Source: Balanoglossus misakiensis
Taxonomy: Eukaryota > Animalia > Hemichordata
Reading direction: 5' to 3'
Assembly (NCBI GenBank): GCA_040954595.2
Contig: CM082584.2
Location: 2,015,344-2,079,343 of the forward strand
Length of the DNA: 64,000 nt
Shown here piece by piece: positions 1-12,425 of this stretch. The notes below the pieces were generated by a model that searched no databases, had not been told where the DNA came from, and was given only the letters and a program-made list of their open reading frames with translations. The translations under genes and the position numbers were made by a program. Within the stretch, counting starts at the first letter, position 1, and each line of letters begins with the position of its first letter.

Positions 1-372
1 TACAGTTGGCTTTGAAAAAAATATACGACAAGAGAGCAAAATTGTGTGAAACTTGATAAATATCATCTGGCATATAACTTGGTCATATCATATGTTTATC
101 TGTACCAGTACTGTATACTGATAAACAAACAATGTAGTAACCACATTAGACGCTAGTGTTTTGTTAGCCAAAAATATCACACACGAGACAACAAACTCAT
201 TTTTTTCTAAATGTGTAACTTTGGAAAGTGCCTGATAACTTTTATTTATTTATTTTTTTACATGGTGACTCGCTGTAATCTTTGCCACTTACAACTTGTG
301 TAAGCGCCCTTTTGAGGCAGGAAATGCAAAGCAATTGTTGGTCTATCCCCTCCCCACTCAAAAAAAACTTAC

Positions 373-495
373 CTAAACAATTGACATGATCTGCACTCAG
401 AGAGAAACCATCATCACCACAATTACAGCTGAATCCACCCTCTGCATTGAGACACCCTCCAGCACAAACAGAATCTGAACACTCATTATTCACAT
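373..495 (-). CDS. Calcium-binding EGF-domain exon (phase 1-1, 123 nt)
   Basis: Flanked by ttttcag and gtaagt on the minus strand. Translates (D)VNNECSDSVCAGGCLNAEGGFSCNCGDDGFSLSADHVNCL with six cysteines and the cbEGF D-x-N-E-C / C-x-N-x-x-G-x-F-x-C pattern. Open frame. Confidence 0.85.
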
Positions 496-872
496 CTGAA
501 AATAGAGAACAAAAACATCCATTGTAATTATTCAAGTCAATACCAATCCTCCCTTCCTTTAAAAATTTCCCTAAAGTGAACAAATTCACATGGCTTTGAA
601 ATTAAGTATTAACAGTAATATTTCTAATATTTCTAACAGACACAACTTTTCTAAACTTTGAGTCTCTTTGTGGATTTGTAGAAATGATTTACAAACTGAG
701 CTGTCAGGTCATAACTGTTTGTGCTTTGGCATGAACACATATCCCAGAATGCCCTACAGGGTTGGCAGTGAAATTGATAAACTCTTCACCTAAGATTTCA
801 AACTCGTAGATCTAAATAGATTCTCACACTCCTGGCATGCTGAGAGTGTGGGATCAGAGTGTGAGAACAAAT

Positions 873-1217
873 CAATCCCACATTCTCACTGAATTGAAAG
901 CTTTATATGACGCGATCGCTGATTGGATGACAAAGTGTTCTTTAATAACGTGTGTTAAATGTTATCCTATGACGCGATACAGAAACTACAACATGCCAGA
1001 TGACAGTTCAAGAGTCATTTATTCAATGTTTTCAGATGAATTTGGCTAATTTGTGGCCGTATGAGAAATATAATCTCATACATGAAGGACCTGGGATCAT
1101 ATTTCTCACACTCGTCAGGGATATTTTGTCCAACACTCGCCTGCAGCTTGTTTGGGACAGAAAATCCTCAACACATGTGAGAAATATGATCCCAAGTCTT
1201 GGGAGTGTGAGATTCCA
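873..1217 (+). mobile_element. Non-autonomous Crypton-like element, family 2 (degenerate; paralog at about 11461-11797)
   Basis: Reverse-complement homolog of 40159-40520, with a long hairpin around the loop ctcgcctgcagctt and gtgtgagaa/aatctcacac arms. Boundaries approximate. Confidence 0.55.
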
Positions 1218-1594
1218 TAAATCTCACAACCTTAGGACCTGGTATAAGATTTCTCAGACGAGTTGGGGATATTTTTGCTCGTGTTAGACAAAATATCGCT
1301 GCTGAGTGTAAAACATCGCGTTAAGGACACAGTGGTCCCATTCAGGGATAACACAATAAAAAAGTCTACACCGGAGTACATATACAGACAGACTGACACA
1401 CACACATAGAGAAATCAACAGGCAAACACTGACTAAGCCATAAGCTGCCAATGGCATGTGTACTGTACACACAGCAAAAAGAACAGCTGGTCTCTGTAAC
1501 AGATAGCCAGTTATGAAAACATGCAGTTACCAATCACTGTTATTATTGACAAATTGCATCCAAGTCCAGACCCAGGCTTGAATACAATGTTTAA

Positions 1595-2196
1595 AGCCCC
1601 AGTATTTCTCGTGTGTATCCATTTTTCATCATCGAAAAATGCCCGTTTTTCCTGTACATTCATCATGGAATACTACATAATGAAGATAGAAGAAAGGTTT
1701 GGGCAACTGCAGCTACATGCAAGCTGTAAATATTTTCCGTAACACTTGAAATGATGCGCGGGTTTGTTTACAACGGAAATGTTGTACACGTCGATCAGCA
1801 AACGTGCCACTTTGACATTTGATGGTCAGACCATTTTCGGATTTGATCTGGTTCCATCGACTGATTTCTCCCATAAAGTTATCTTCCCAAAATTTCGCCG
1901 AATTAGTGCGCATTTCTTCGCTGAGTCGCTTGATTTGGGGCGACCAAACCTCTTCCGCATAGATTCACATTGGAGTGCGCATGCGCACTAGTCACGTGTG
2001 TCAACAGGAGCCTGACTCACGTGACTTTCTGTCCGGACAGAAAGTTATTCTTCACTCGTTATATTGTAAATTGTATGAGTTTATGAGCAGAGCTGGGGAT
2101 GATGACTGTTCGATTCAGTATCAATTATCATCTACTTTTAGAAATTATAGATGCCGTTTCAAACAAAATTTTGCCCCTACGAGAAATACTGAGGCT
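1595..2196. mobile_element. Kolobok-type non-autonomous DNA transposon
   Basis: 18-bp TIRs agccccagtatttctcgt / acgagaaatactgaggct (1 mismatch). TTAA on both sides (1591-1594, 2197-2200). The paralog near 12170 has a single TTAA (empty site). AG termini with a TTAA TSD fit Kolobok. Confidence 0.85.
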
Positions 2197-2573
2197 TTAA
2201 ACAATAACAACATTGCTTACCTAGCTTCACCGAGCTGAACAAGAAATGATGGGTGACACCCAGAATAATATTGAATAAAAACAAAAAATTTTCTATTTTC
2301 GTTTCTGTTAGTAAATACTTACCTTTGATCCAACCTATAGCCTAATATATCTCGCCCTCTAACGACCGCTGAGATAAAAAACTTTCCCCTGATTACGTCA
2401 TACTCACCGAGTACATATACCACCTGTCCAGCCGTGAATATTCAGTATTGCTCAGCACGAGAAATAACTGCTCAGGCCGAAACTATGCTGCCCGTGCACT
2501 GAGGACCCATCCAAAATTTATGAATAATGGAAAAACAGTCACAGGTCAAGTGTGGGGAGGCGGGTGGGTATCT

Positions 2574-2672
2574 GGTTGGATCAAAGGTAAGTATTTACTA
2601 ACAGAAACGAAAATAGAAAATTTTTTGTTTTTATGGCATAAATACCATACCTTTGATCCAACCTATAGCCTA
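2574..2672. repeat. DIRS internal complementary region (ICR)
   Basis: Its reverse complement reads right end (...ggtatggtatttatgccat) joined to left end (aaaaacaaaaaattttctattttcg...), i.e. the circle junction. Confidence 0.92.
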
Positions 2673-2745
2673 CAGAGTCCCAAGGAACAACTGGCGGTGG
2701 GACTTGAACCGAAAAAACAAAATTCCAACAGAAAGAACCAGGCTA

Positions 2746-5622
2746 TTACTTACTGTGAGCTACCCTTTGAGCTACACAGATAGGACCCAAGGAAAATAAG
2801 CCATCTGCTTCCGCTGCCATATCTCGCAGATAAGCAGAGGAAAAAGTAATATGTGATCTCCACTGGACTGCAGACAATAAATCAGACATGGAAGTCCCTG
2901 AAAAAAGTGACCATGAAGCAGCAAGAGCTCTGACTTCATGAGCTGACACCTTAGCCCAGCTAATTGCTTCTTCTGAAGGGCTAGAATAAGCAAACTTAAT
3001 AGTCTCGACGATCCATCTGGAAATAGTCGACTGTGAAATAGACATACTGGGTGTAACCCTAATGGAGATAAACAGTCTTGTCTGCTCTCCCCTCCTGTCT
3101 TTTGTTCTCTGCAAATAATACTTCAGTGCTCTGATAGGACAGAGCAACCTATCCTCTGAACGCTGACCGACTAACTTCGTCAGTTTCGGAATAACCAGAG
3201 GCGATTGTGGCAGATCCGCAATCCGATTCTTTGCCAAGAAAGCTGGGTCAGTAAGCAAAGTGACACTGTCTGCTGACCAACGAATATGAGCTGAAGCCAT
3301 AGACAGGGCATGAAGCTCACTACGGCGACCTGCCGTAGCTAATGCCAAAAGAAAAACAGTCTTGTACGTCAAGAACTTCATCTCTGCTGTTTGCAAAGGT
3401 TCAAATGGAGCTCCTAATAAAGCATGTAGAACCAAAGATAAACTCCACTGGGGAACCAGTGACTTTACAACTGGTCGCGCCAAAGAGAAATTACTAATCA
3501 AAGCAGAAATAGACCCGTCCAGGGTAGTAACTTCCTCACCCAACAATCGAAGTGTGTTACCTATAGCTGAACGGTACGCCTTAATAGTGCTCACTGCTGT
3601 CTTTTTCTCCTTAAACAAGTAGAGGAAAAAATCTGCTAGCTGAGGAGGCGTGGGTCTGAGAAAATCAATCGACCTTTTCTCACACCAATGACGAAAGGAA
3701 CACCACTTTGAATCATATGCTGCCGTGGTGGATGCTCGTCGGTGTTGTGCGATGCGCGAGGCAGCTTCTGCAGAAAAGCCTCTTGCCTGCAAACTGAGCT
3801 TGATAGTCTCCAAGCGTGGAGGTGAAGGTGTTGTGCTACCGGAGGCAGCCGAACAGTCTCCTCCATGCAATTCTGTGGTAATGTCAGTGGACAGTCCACC
3901 AGTAACTGGAGTAGTCTTGGAAACCAAGGACGTGTTGGCCATAGTGGTGCAACTAGAAGTATTTCGCATTCTTCGTGTGCTACCTTGGAAATTACCCTGG
4001 AGATCAACGGTAGTGGGGGAAATGCATATGCCAACATTCCCTTCCAGCTGATTGACAGAGCGTCGCATGCTAGTGCTTGTGGTTCCGACCTTAGTGACGC
4101 GTAAATCGGGAACTTGCGATTCTTGGCTGTCGCAAATAGGTCTACGTGGGGCCTGTCCCAAATCAGACAAATCTGCTCTACTAGCGGTTGCCGTAGAGCG
4201 CACTCTAGTGGATAGAACTTGTCCCGTGATAGAGCATCTGCCAGAATGTTGCTTGTGCCCTGAACGTGGAGTGCTTTCAGCGTGATGCTGTTCGCCTGGC
4301 ACCAATTCAGCATGTCCCATACCAGATAACACAGGCTGGGTGATCTGGTGCCGCCCTGGTGATTTATAAATGCGACTACTGTGGTGTTGTCTGACCTGAT
4401 CAGAATCACCTTGCCGCAAAAGTCTTGGTGAAAGTGGAGAAGTGCCAACTGTACTGCCTTCATTTCCAACCAATTTATGTGCCGCACTGACTGGTCGACT
4501 GACCATATCCCTGAAATTGTCCTGTCTCCCAAGTGTGCACCCCATCCTTGGAGAGATGCGTCCACAAACAGTGACACCGTCGCCAACGGGGATACTAGGA
4601 GATTTCCCTCGAGAGTATTCCCCCTGTCTAGCCACCATTGCAGGTGTGAAACTAGAGGTGGCTTTACCTGAATAAGGTCTGTCAACTGACCGGATACCGG
4701 CCTCCAATGAGCCAACAGGAACAGTTGAATTGGCCTCATATGTAGTCTGCCTAAAGGTATTGCCTCGGCTAGAAAGTTCATGCGACCCAGGATGCTGAGC
4801 AATGTGCTTGCTTGGACCATGGACTCTGAACTGATCCGATGCACTTATTGTTCTAATTTCAATAGGTTTTCCTCCGTAGGGAAAACTAAACCCTTGGACA
4901 GATCCATGACCATGCCAATGAACTGGATCCTCTGTGAGGGGATTAGACAAGACTTGTCTGTGCTCGGAATGAACCCCACACGAACGGTCTCCCGTAGTGT
5001 GGTTTGTGTGTCTGCCAGTGTCAACTGGAAACTGGAATTGTGTAGCAACCAGTCGTCCAGGTATGGATTGGCTTGTACTGCTCGGGAATGAAGAAAAGCC
5101 ATCAACGCCCCTACTACCCGTGTAAAAATAGCCGGGGCAGTGGCCAAACCGAACGGAAGAGCCACAAACTGGAACAGTTTGCTCCCTATCGCAAAGCGAA
5201 AGTACCTCTGGAAGTGAGCATGGATAGGAATGTGGAAATAAGCGTCCTGCAAGTCTATCGTCGTTGCCCAATCTCCCGTGGAGAGAGCCTGACGAATAGT
5301 TCGAGTGGTTTCCATACGGAAAGACTCGATTATAATGTACTGATTGAGCACGCTCAGGTCCAAAATGGGTCTCCATCCCTGTGATTTCTTTGGAATAAGG
5401 AAAACACGACTGAAAAACCCCGTATCCTGAACTGGTAAAGGGACCTTTTGAATGGCCCCTTTTTCCAACAGCCCCTGTATGGCCCTCCACATAGGAGGGG
5501 AAGGGTGCGATACCAAATGACTTGGAGGATACAACGAAAGGGGTGGAAACGTCCTGAAGAACAGACGAACCCCTTCCGAAACTAAAGAGAGGACTGTTTG
5601 GTCGTCTGTAATTTTCTGCCAT
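2746..5622 (-). CDS. DIRS ORF3: tyrosine recombinase with a long N-terminal extension overlapping pol
   Basis: 958-aa ORF. The C-terminus has LALATAGRRSELHAL (R), LCPIRAL, HEVRALAAS (HxxR), W..HITFSSAYLRD (Y). Confidence 0.92.
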   Translation of the reverse strand: MAENYRRPNSPLFSFGRGSSVLQDVSTPFVVSSKSFGIAPFPSYVEGHTGAVGKRGHSKGPFTSSGYGVFQSCFPYSKEITGMETHFGPERAQSVHYNRVFPYGNHSNYSSGSLHGRLGNDDRLAGRLFPHSYPCSLPEVLSLCDREQTVPVCGSSVRFGHCPGYFYTGSRGVDGFSSFPSSTSQSIPGRLVATQFQFPVDTGRHTNHTTGDRSCGVHSEHRQVLSNPLTEDPVHWHGHGSVQGFSFPYGGKPIEIRTISASDQFRVHGPSKHIAQHPGSHELSSRGNTFRQTTYEANSTVPVGSLEAGIRSVDRPYSGKATSSFTPAMVARQGEYSRGKSPSIPVGDGVTVCGRISPRMGCTLGRQDNFRDMVSRPVSAAHKLVGNEGSTVGTSPLSPRLLRQGDSDQVRQHHSSRIYKSPGRHQITQPVLSGMGHAELVPGEQHHAESTPRSGHKQHSGRCSITGQVLSTRVRSTATASRADLSDLGQAPRRPICDSQESQVPDLRVTKVGTTSTSMRRSVNQLEGNVGICISPTTVDLQGNFQGSTRRMRNTSSCTTMANTSLVSKTTPVTGGLSTDITTELHGGDCSAASGSTTPSPPRLETIKLSLQARGFSAEAASRIAQHRRASTTAAYDSKWCSFRHWCEKRSIDFLRPTPPQLADFFLYLFKEKKTAVSTIKAYRSAIGNTLRLLGEEVTTLDGSISALISNFSLARPVVKSLVPQWSLSLVLHALLGAPFEPLQTAEMKFLTYKTVFLLALATAGRRSELHALSMASAHIRWSADSVTLLTDPAFLAKNRIADLPQSPLVIPKLTKLVGQRSEDRLLCPIRALKYYLQRTKDRRGEQTRLFISIRVTPSMSISQSTISRWIVETIKFAYSSPSEEAISWAKVSAHEVRALAASWSLFSGTSMSDLLSAVQWRSHITFSSAYLRDMAAEADGLFSLGPICVAQRVAHSK

Positions 5623-5825
5623 TCCTGGACAAAATGTTTCAGACGACCCCCAACTGCTACTTGTGGCAATGGTGTCTGGGGCATAGTCACAGATTGTGAC
5701 CCCATTATCCCTTTGTCCTGACTTGTGTAGTCACTTGTGCTGGCTGCTAGCCACTTTGGGGGGCTTAGTCTGCTGACGAAAGGGCTGACCCTTCCTTTGC
5801 TTGTTAAATGGTCTCTTCCTAGCAA
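3636..5825 (-). pseudogene. DIRS pol: RT, RNase H and adenine-methyltransferase-like domain, split by one in-frame stop at 4845-4847
   Basis: RT motifs IDLQDAYFHI, LPFGLATAP, YLDDWL. RNase H motifs VDAS..GWGA, LEMKA, SDNTT, ADALSR. MT motifs DLFAT and YAFPP. Confidence 0.93.
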
Positions 5826-7482
5826 ACTTCCGTTTGCCGGTGAACTTTAACCCAGAGACAGAAGACTGAGCTTGTGCTACTGCTAACTGTTCTACAGCCA
5901 ACTTCTGCTTAAGCAACTCCTCATTTGTTCTAAGAACAGCATCAAATTGCCCATTAAAAACCAATGGACCTGACCATGGGAGAAGACGGGCAGTACGAGC
6001 TGCCTCCCTTTCCAAAGGAAGATGACTGATAAGATGGTCACGCGTCATCAACACTTGAGACGCTGCCATACGAGAATTCAATTCTGCTTGATAAACCACA
6101 GCCTTAGCAGCTTCAGTTAACAACAGTTTGGCATGCTGCCAATTTTCTGCTATCTGAGGAGTAGATTCACCCTCCTGCATGGGTTTAAGCTCTCTGCTTA
6201 AAGCTGAGAGTAACAGAAAAGTGCAATTAGAGATCCTTGCGAAAAGACGAGTAGTTGCCTCTAAGCGGGCAAAATCCTCAGCCCTAATCACATAATTCCT
6301 CAAAACCTCTTTATTTCTTACCAACTGCTTTGCGGATTAATCAACCGCTGGTGCAGAGTGGTAGAATGGTCCACGTGTAAGATCAAACACGCGACTACCC
6401 TGAGGTCTAGACACCAATGGGAAAACATGACTTGACATCCCTTGAGGGTAACAACGAGGTTTCTTGTTAGCAGTGTAACAAAAGTCCCTGGTGCCGTTAA
6501 TCTCGGCATGTACCGTGTCTATCAGAGACGACAGACGAGGAATAAAAGGTAGCTTTAGGTGTACCGGATCAGCTGCCTTACCCAACACATGTTCAAAAGA
6601 AGCCGTCAGCTGTTCTGCCGACACTTCAGCAGTGGGTGGGGGACATTCCTCAGGGGGTACAGTATTATACACTAGCATAACCGCGTCAGCCCATTGACTG
6701 GCGCGACTAGTTTCCTCTGATCGGACAAATTGTCTTCGTCCTCATCATGCCCCTCTGACTCCGATTGTGAAACATCGAAGGAGGAAATAGGAGGGGCAGG
6801 GACAGTGTGACCACTGTGCACAGGATTTTGGCCCGACACAGAGACCCGATTAGCTTGAGCAGGCATACCCCAGCTTGTGGACTGAAGTGGTGCCGCCAAA
6901 TTAGAGGGAGGACAAGTCCATGGGAAACCCCACAACTGTTGGAAGCCCGGAGGGGGAAAATTCCCACCAGCCTGAGCGACTCCCGAAGCTAATTGGTCTG
7001 GTACACACATAGGGGGTGGGCCGTGAAGCCCTCCCCACACACTACCGGCACTACCTATGGACGTCGAAGGCACTGGATTAGCCAAGACGGAGGTAGGAAC
7101 CGTATGAAAATACCTAGAAGACATACCTGCATAATTCGGCCAAACACCTGACTGAACAGTTTGCGCCGATGAAACACCTCCCAAATGAGATGGACCCGGA
7201 ACTGCTGCATCCAAAAAGGAAGAAACCGGCAAAACAGGAGTTCCTGCAACCGTCCTAGCAGCTGATGAATCCAACTTGGATCGCTTCGAAGCGAGCGAAG
7301 CCCTAGCAGAAGCATGGCCGCCATCTTGGGATGACCCCCTAGCTAACTCAGAAAAAAACATCAGGCTCTTCAGAGTGCGCTGAATGGAAAGCTTGACCCG
7401 GAATAGGCAGTTGAGAGTCTTCTATTTCCGAAGGAGTACGAGAAGACGACCGCGACGCGGTGTCAGAAACTCTCTCCGTCAT
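5731..7482 (-). pseudogene. DIRS gag-like ORF1, frameshifted
   Basis: ATG at 7482 followed by broken frames 6672-7361, 6337-6678 and 5731-6324 upstream of pol, with a basic C-terminus. Assigned by position. Confidence 0.7.
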
Positions 7483-7989
7483 GGTTCCAGTGAAAACACG
7501 AAAAAATGCACGGGCAAAAATGGCTTCTGAAGGCTATATGAAAAGACAATACCGCAGAAGCCCTACACACTGACCCGTACACGTGTGGGAAAAATCCGAA
7601 AAACAAACTTTGCAAGTGCCAAAATAACACAAGCAAGCAGTTTAGAAAATAAGTTGTTACTTATCTACTTCCCCAATCGAAAAACCTCAGGCGAAAAGCA
7701 GCAATAGTCGAAGGGCTGAGCACTTCTTGACAAAAATCCAACACCTCAAGAGAGAAGATGTCCGCTGTCTCGTGCTGAGATAATAATACTGAATATTCAC
7801 GGCTGGACAGGTGGTATATGTACTCGGTGAGTATGACGTAATCAGGGGAAAGTTTTTTATCTCAGCGGTCGTTAGAGGGCGAGATATATTAGGCTATAGG
7901 TTGGATCAAAGGTATGGTATTTATGCCATAGAAATTCAAAAGTTACAGATACAGGACCTTTCGTTGCCCACATATTGTGCTGGTCTTAC

Positions 7990-8106
7990 CTGTACACTCA
8001 CAATTGACCAATCAATATCCCACAACACAAGTGCAATAAAAAGAGCCTGCTGTATTCACACACTGGCCTTCACAAAGATCTGCTCTCTCCATACATTCAT
8101 TGACAT
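7990..8106 (-). pseudogene. cbEGF exon with a premature TGA
   Basis: AG/GT-bounded, 117 nt: (D)VNECMERADLCEGQCVNTAGSFYCTCVVGY*LVNCECT. Confidence 0.85.
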
Positions 8107-8497
8107 CTGAAATCAAAGATAGTTTATTATTTTTAATTTTATTATTATTTATTTCCTGACAAACATAATACACATACATCTCAGCGCATTTTCTACAGAA
8201 AATAATAAAATTAGAAAACAAGTGAAAGCTTAAAGGATAATAAATTACACTTAAAAACACGAAACAAACCAAAGAGTTCTGAAAGACAGTCCCTATTAAC
8301 CAAAAAAGCAATGGAATGAAATAGAAAGTACTGAATAAAAAGACGAGTCTTTAAACCCCTTTGAAAACTGTCAATAGATCCAGCATTGCAGATAGAAGGT
8401 GCACAAACACTGAATCCTCTTTAGCCATATGCCTTGTTAAGTTTTGAAATGATCATTCATGGTGATGAGTTATTAAGAATATACCCATTAAAAATTA

Positions 8498-9020
8498 GGG
8501 TAAGCCTAATTCAAGATTCACGTTTCAAGTTTCACGTTTCACGTTCCACAGCCCAAGATTCATATTCTGATTCAGATTCGAGTCTTGTCACGTTCTTTCG
8601 CCATCTACATCCCTTACCAAACCTGCAGATCTGCAGAGAGCTGCTGCAGCTCTGATTTAGAGCTGTGTCAGCTATCCACAGCTCATCTGCAGGTCTGCAA
8701 TGGTTGTTCTGAGCTGTCATTTGTTGGCAGCAGACCAAATTCTCTTTGACAGCTTTTTTAGAACATTGTGTAGACAAACGGCAGCTCTACGCAGTTAACT
8801 CACAGCTCTAAAACAGCAGGGAACAATGCCTTCTGTAAATTTCAATATTTGGGGAACCTTGCTTGGGCGGGGATCGAGGACAATAAACAATCGTTCACAC
8901 CCCTGGTTACGGCAGCATAAACATATTAGACAAGACTGGAATCTGAATCAGAATATGCATCTTGGGCTGTGGAACATGAAACGTGAATCTTGAAACGTGA
9001 ATCTTGAATTAGGCTTACCC
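8498..9020. mobile_element. Mutator-like (MULE) MITE
   Basis: TIRs of about 90 bp starting gggtaagcctaattcaagattcacg. 9-bp TSD taaaaatta (8489-8497, 9021-9029). The paralog from 12817 keeps a longer interior but has lost the right TIR. Confidence 0.85.
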
Positions 9021-9692
9021 TAAAAATTATTGTACTCCTCGGAGAAGCATTTATAATTTCTTTAAAATGAGATGAAAACTATATGAATTTTCTAAGTGTA
9101 TATTTATTCTTTGCTGTGGTAATTTATTTAGCTATAGGTCGATAAATTATGTTAATTTGATTGAGTTATGCATATAAGTAGTGAAAATACATTGTACTTG
9201 TGCATAAATATATCAGACAGTCTTATAGTATAGTGTGAGGTTGATCACACATATACTTAACCACATATTTCTTGATCAATTAATTGTTTTTACGTCAAAG
9301 TCCTCAATATCCATGGCAATCTCAGAATCTAGGAATTTTAACACTCTCTATCATTCTCATTTTAACAAAATCCCCTGAAACTCGTGTACCCTGTCAGCAA
9401 AACTTTGTCTGATTTTTAAAAAAACAGATTACTTTTTCACCCTTGCAAACAAATTTTCAAAGATAAAATTTCACATTTGTTAATTTGTTTATATTATGCA
9501 TAATTATAAATGGAAAAATTCTGAGATACAATTTCAACAAACATGTGTTCAGTACGAGTGTGCTGTTGATTTCAAATTTTAAAATGTGTGCAATGGACTG
9601 ACAGGATGTGAGTTTAGCTGATTGTAACCATAGCAATATACAATCCCCAAACAGTGTAGCCACAGAAGAGATCAATATCCACAGTTACATAC

Positions 9693-9815
9693 CTGCACAT
9701 GCATGGCCATCCTCCAGCACATTGAAGCCTTGTCTGCAAGCGCAGAGATAACTACCATGGGTATTCTGACAATAGTGTTGACACGCATTTCCACAACTGT
9801 GACATTTATTCATAT
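9693..9815 (-). CDS. EGF-domain exon (123 nt, open frame; probably part of a disabled gene)
   Basis: (D)MNKCHSCGNACQHYCQNTHGSYLCACRQGFNVLEDGHACA, between ccag and gtatg. Confidence 0.8.
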
Positions 9816-12308
9816 CTGGAGGGTAAGAAGAAATTCGAAATAATTTACAAGCATTACATTATTCAAGGTAAGCCTACTCTTGACTACTGAAATCTCACAC
9901 CAAAGACACCTGGGCTCAGATTTATAACAAGATGGGGATAATTTGTCTCAATTTGATCATTTGAGACAACATATCCCCAAACGTATGTATTGTCGATGTA
10001 ACATTATAACATAGTTATATCACTGTCAGGCATTTGTGTCCTACAGTCAAGGGGTTTTAGGCACCTGCAGTCATTTCGATGAAGTTGGTTTGAATCCCAC
10101 CAGTGTCAGAAGTGTGAGATGGTCAACTGGACTTGAAGCGTTTGAGTTGAACCAAACTTAATTTCTAAGTCTACGAGCTGCATGCACCAACTAAGGCCTA
10201 CACAGTGGCTTCTGAATTGAAGAGACCTCAAAAACACGTGCACTCACTTTTATAGGAGTAAACAGGTGTTAAAATAACATGTAAATTTTAGAATATTTTG
10301 TTTAATAGGATTTGTATTCAAATTCTATTTCTGAGTCTTACACAGTGATGACCTTTTGTCATGCATTGATGTGATGCAACCACTCACTAACGCCACACTC
10401 TGTACAAATATACATGTTAACCTGAAAACTGACTTCTTCCAACGGTGAAGCAAGTCAGAATTTTGAGGCTGGGAATCATCTACATAGTTCCCAGAGTCAA
10501 TACTGTCACAGTAGTCCATTTCTTTATGTACCAAATTGTACCAAAACATTGCTATGCATTCATGTTATCATGATCTATGACATTAATCAGCAATGTTCTA
10601 TCATGTTAATTTATTCCTTGTAGTGATATCATATGCCTTTTTCATAAAGAGGGTGCCCTTCCAAGACGCAAACATGAGGCCAGTTGGTCAAAGAGTAAAA
10701 ACTTTGTCTTGTGTATCAACACTATAGTTGGGACATACTTTCGACAGCCACATTTTATTGTAAGGTCAGTTTTACACGCAACTTGTATCATGTATACAAC
10801 AAAGTAGATGAGCTCGAGCAGTACTCTGTAACCTACCGGCCTCCTTTTTCACATTGTCTGCTTGGAGATGACACCTTATTTTGGAAGTGTGCCCTCTTTA
10901 TGAAAAATTTTATGATTGTGTTACACGTATTACAGACAGAAATCAACACAAGTGCAGTCAAACCTGTCCATTATGGCTAGTAAAGGGACTTTCCTAAACT
11001 GGCCTTTATAGACAGGTGGCCATTATACCTGGTAGAAAAGTCAATTAATGTAGATATAAATTACACAGGGACTAGAATAAAGTGGGCACTATATAGAGGT
11101 GGACAATACATCCATTGTAATTATTCAAGTCAATACCAATCCTCCCTTCCTTTAAAAAATTTCCCTAATGTGAACAAATTCACATGGCTTTGAAATAAAG
11201 TATTAACAGTGATACGTCTAATATTTCTAACCGACACAACATTTCTAAACTTTGAGTCTCTTTGTGGATTTGTAGAAATGATCTACAAACTGAGCTGTCA
11301 GGTCATGGCTGTTTGTGCTTTGGCATGAACACATATCCCAGAATGCCCTACAGGTTTGGCAGTGAAATTGATAAACTCTTCACCTAAGATTTCAAACTCG
11401 TAATAGATTCTCACACTCCTGGCATGCTGAGAGTGTTGGATCAGAGTGTGAGAACAAATCAATCCCACATTCTCACTGAATTGAGAGCTGTATATGATGC
11501 GAGCGCTGATTGGATGACAAAGAGTTCTTTAACAACATGTGCTAAAGGTTATCCAATGACGCGATACTGAATCTACAATGTACCAGATGACAGTTCAAGA
11601 GTCATTTATTTAACGAATTTGGCTAATTTGTGACCGTGTGAGAAAAATAATCTCACACACCAAGGACCTGGGATCGTATTTCTCACACTCGTCGGGGATA
11701 TCTTGTCCCACATTCGCCTGCAGCTTGTTTGGGACAGAAAATCCTCAACACATGTGAGAAATATGATCCCAAGTCCTTGGGAGTGTGAGATTCTATTAGT
11801 CTCACAACCTTAGGACCTGGGATAAGATTTCTCAGACGAGTTGGGGATATTTTGACTCGTGTTAGACAAAATATCGCTGCTGAGTGTAAAACATCGCGTT
11901 AAGGACACAGTGGTCCCATTCAGGGATAACACAATAAAAAAGTCTACACCGGAGTACATATACAGACAGACAGACACACACACATAGAGAAATCAACAGG
12001 CAAACACTGACTGAGCCATAAGCTGCCAATGGCATGTGTACTGTACACACACCAAATAGAACAGCTGGTCTTTTTAACAGTTAGCCAGTTATGTAAACAT
12101 GCAGTTACCAATCACTGTTATTATTGACAAATTGCATCCAAGTCCAGACCCAGGCTTGAATACAATGTTTAAACAATAACAACATTGCTTACCTAGCTTC
12201 ACCGAGCTGAACAAGAAATGATGGGTGACACCCAGAATAATATTGAATAAAAATTCAAAAGTTACAGATACTGGACCTTTCGTTGTCCACATATTGTGCT
12301 GGTCTTAC

Positions 12309-12425
12309 CTGTACACTCTCAATTGACCAATCAATATCCCACAACACAAGTGCAATAAAAAGAGCCTGCTGTATTCACACACTGGCCTTCACAAAGATCT
12401 GCTCTCTCCATACATTCATTGACAT
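12309..12425 (-). pseudogene. cbEGF exon duplicate with two TGA stops
   Basis: Paralog of 7990-8106: ...VVGY*LVN*ECT. Confidence 0.85.

Larger units (their letters stand above)
2275..7934 (-). mobile_element. DIRS1-type tyrosine-recombinase retrotransposon, full length but disabled
   Basis: Inverted terminal repeats (about 2321-2462 and 7768-7914) and an ICR (about 2574-2672) complementary to both ends. Gag, RT/RNaseH/methyltransferase and YR ORFs. Empty site gaATAAAAAttc in the paralog near 12246. Confidence 0.96.
515..9953. repeat. Segmental duplication copy A (paralog of 11108-14816), expanded by later insertions
   Basis: Starts acatccattgtaattattcaagtcaatacc at both 515 and 11108. Colinear through two EGF exons to caagatgg(g/a)..ataatttgtc. 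Only copy A has the insertions 1595-2196 and 2275-7934. Confidence 0.92.

Noticed and set aside
242-589. ORF-track proteins around EGF and MED25 exons (242-589, 8012-8311, 30837-31073 and others)
   Set aside because: They read through introns; only the splice-bounded parts are coding-like.
3725-5384. Plus-strand ORFs opposite DIRS, Ngaro and IS3EU genes
   Set aside because: Shadow frames with no recognisable motifs.
2746-5622. 958-aa ORF overlapping pol as a novel dual-coding gene
   Set aside because: A long YR ORF overlapping RT/RNase H is standard in DIRS1-type elements.
7990-8106. In-frame TGA as selenocysteine or read-through
   Set aside because: It is at a non-cysteine EGF position (likely CGA to TGA). 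The paralog has a second stop and neighbouring exons are frameshifted.
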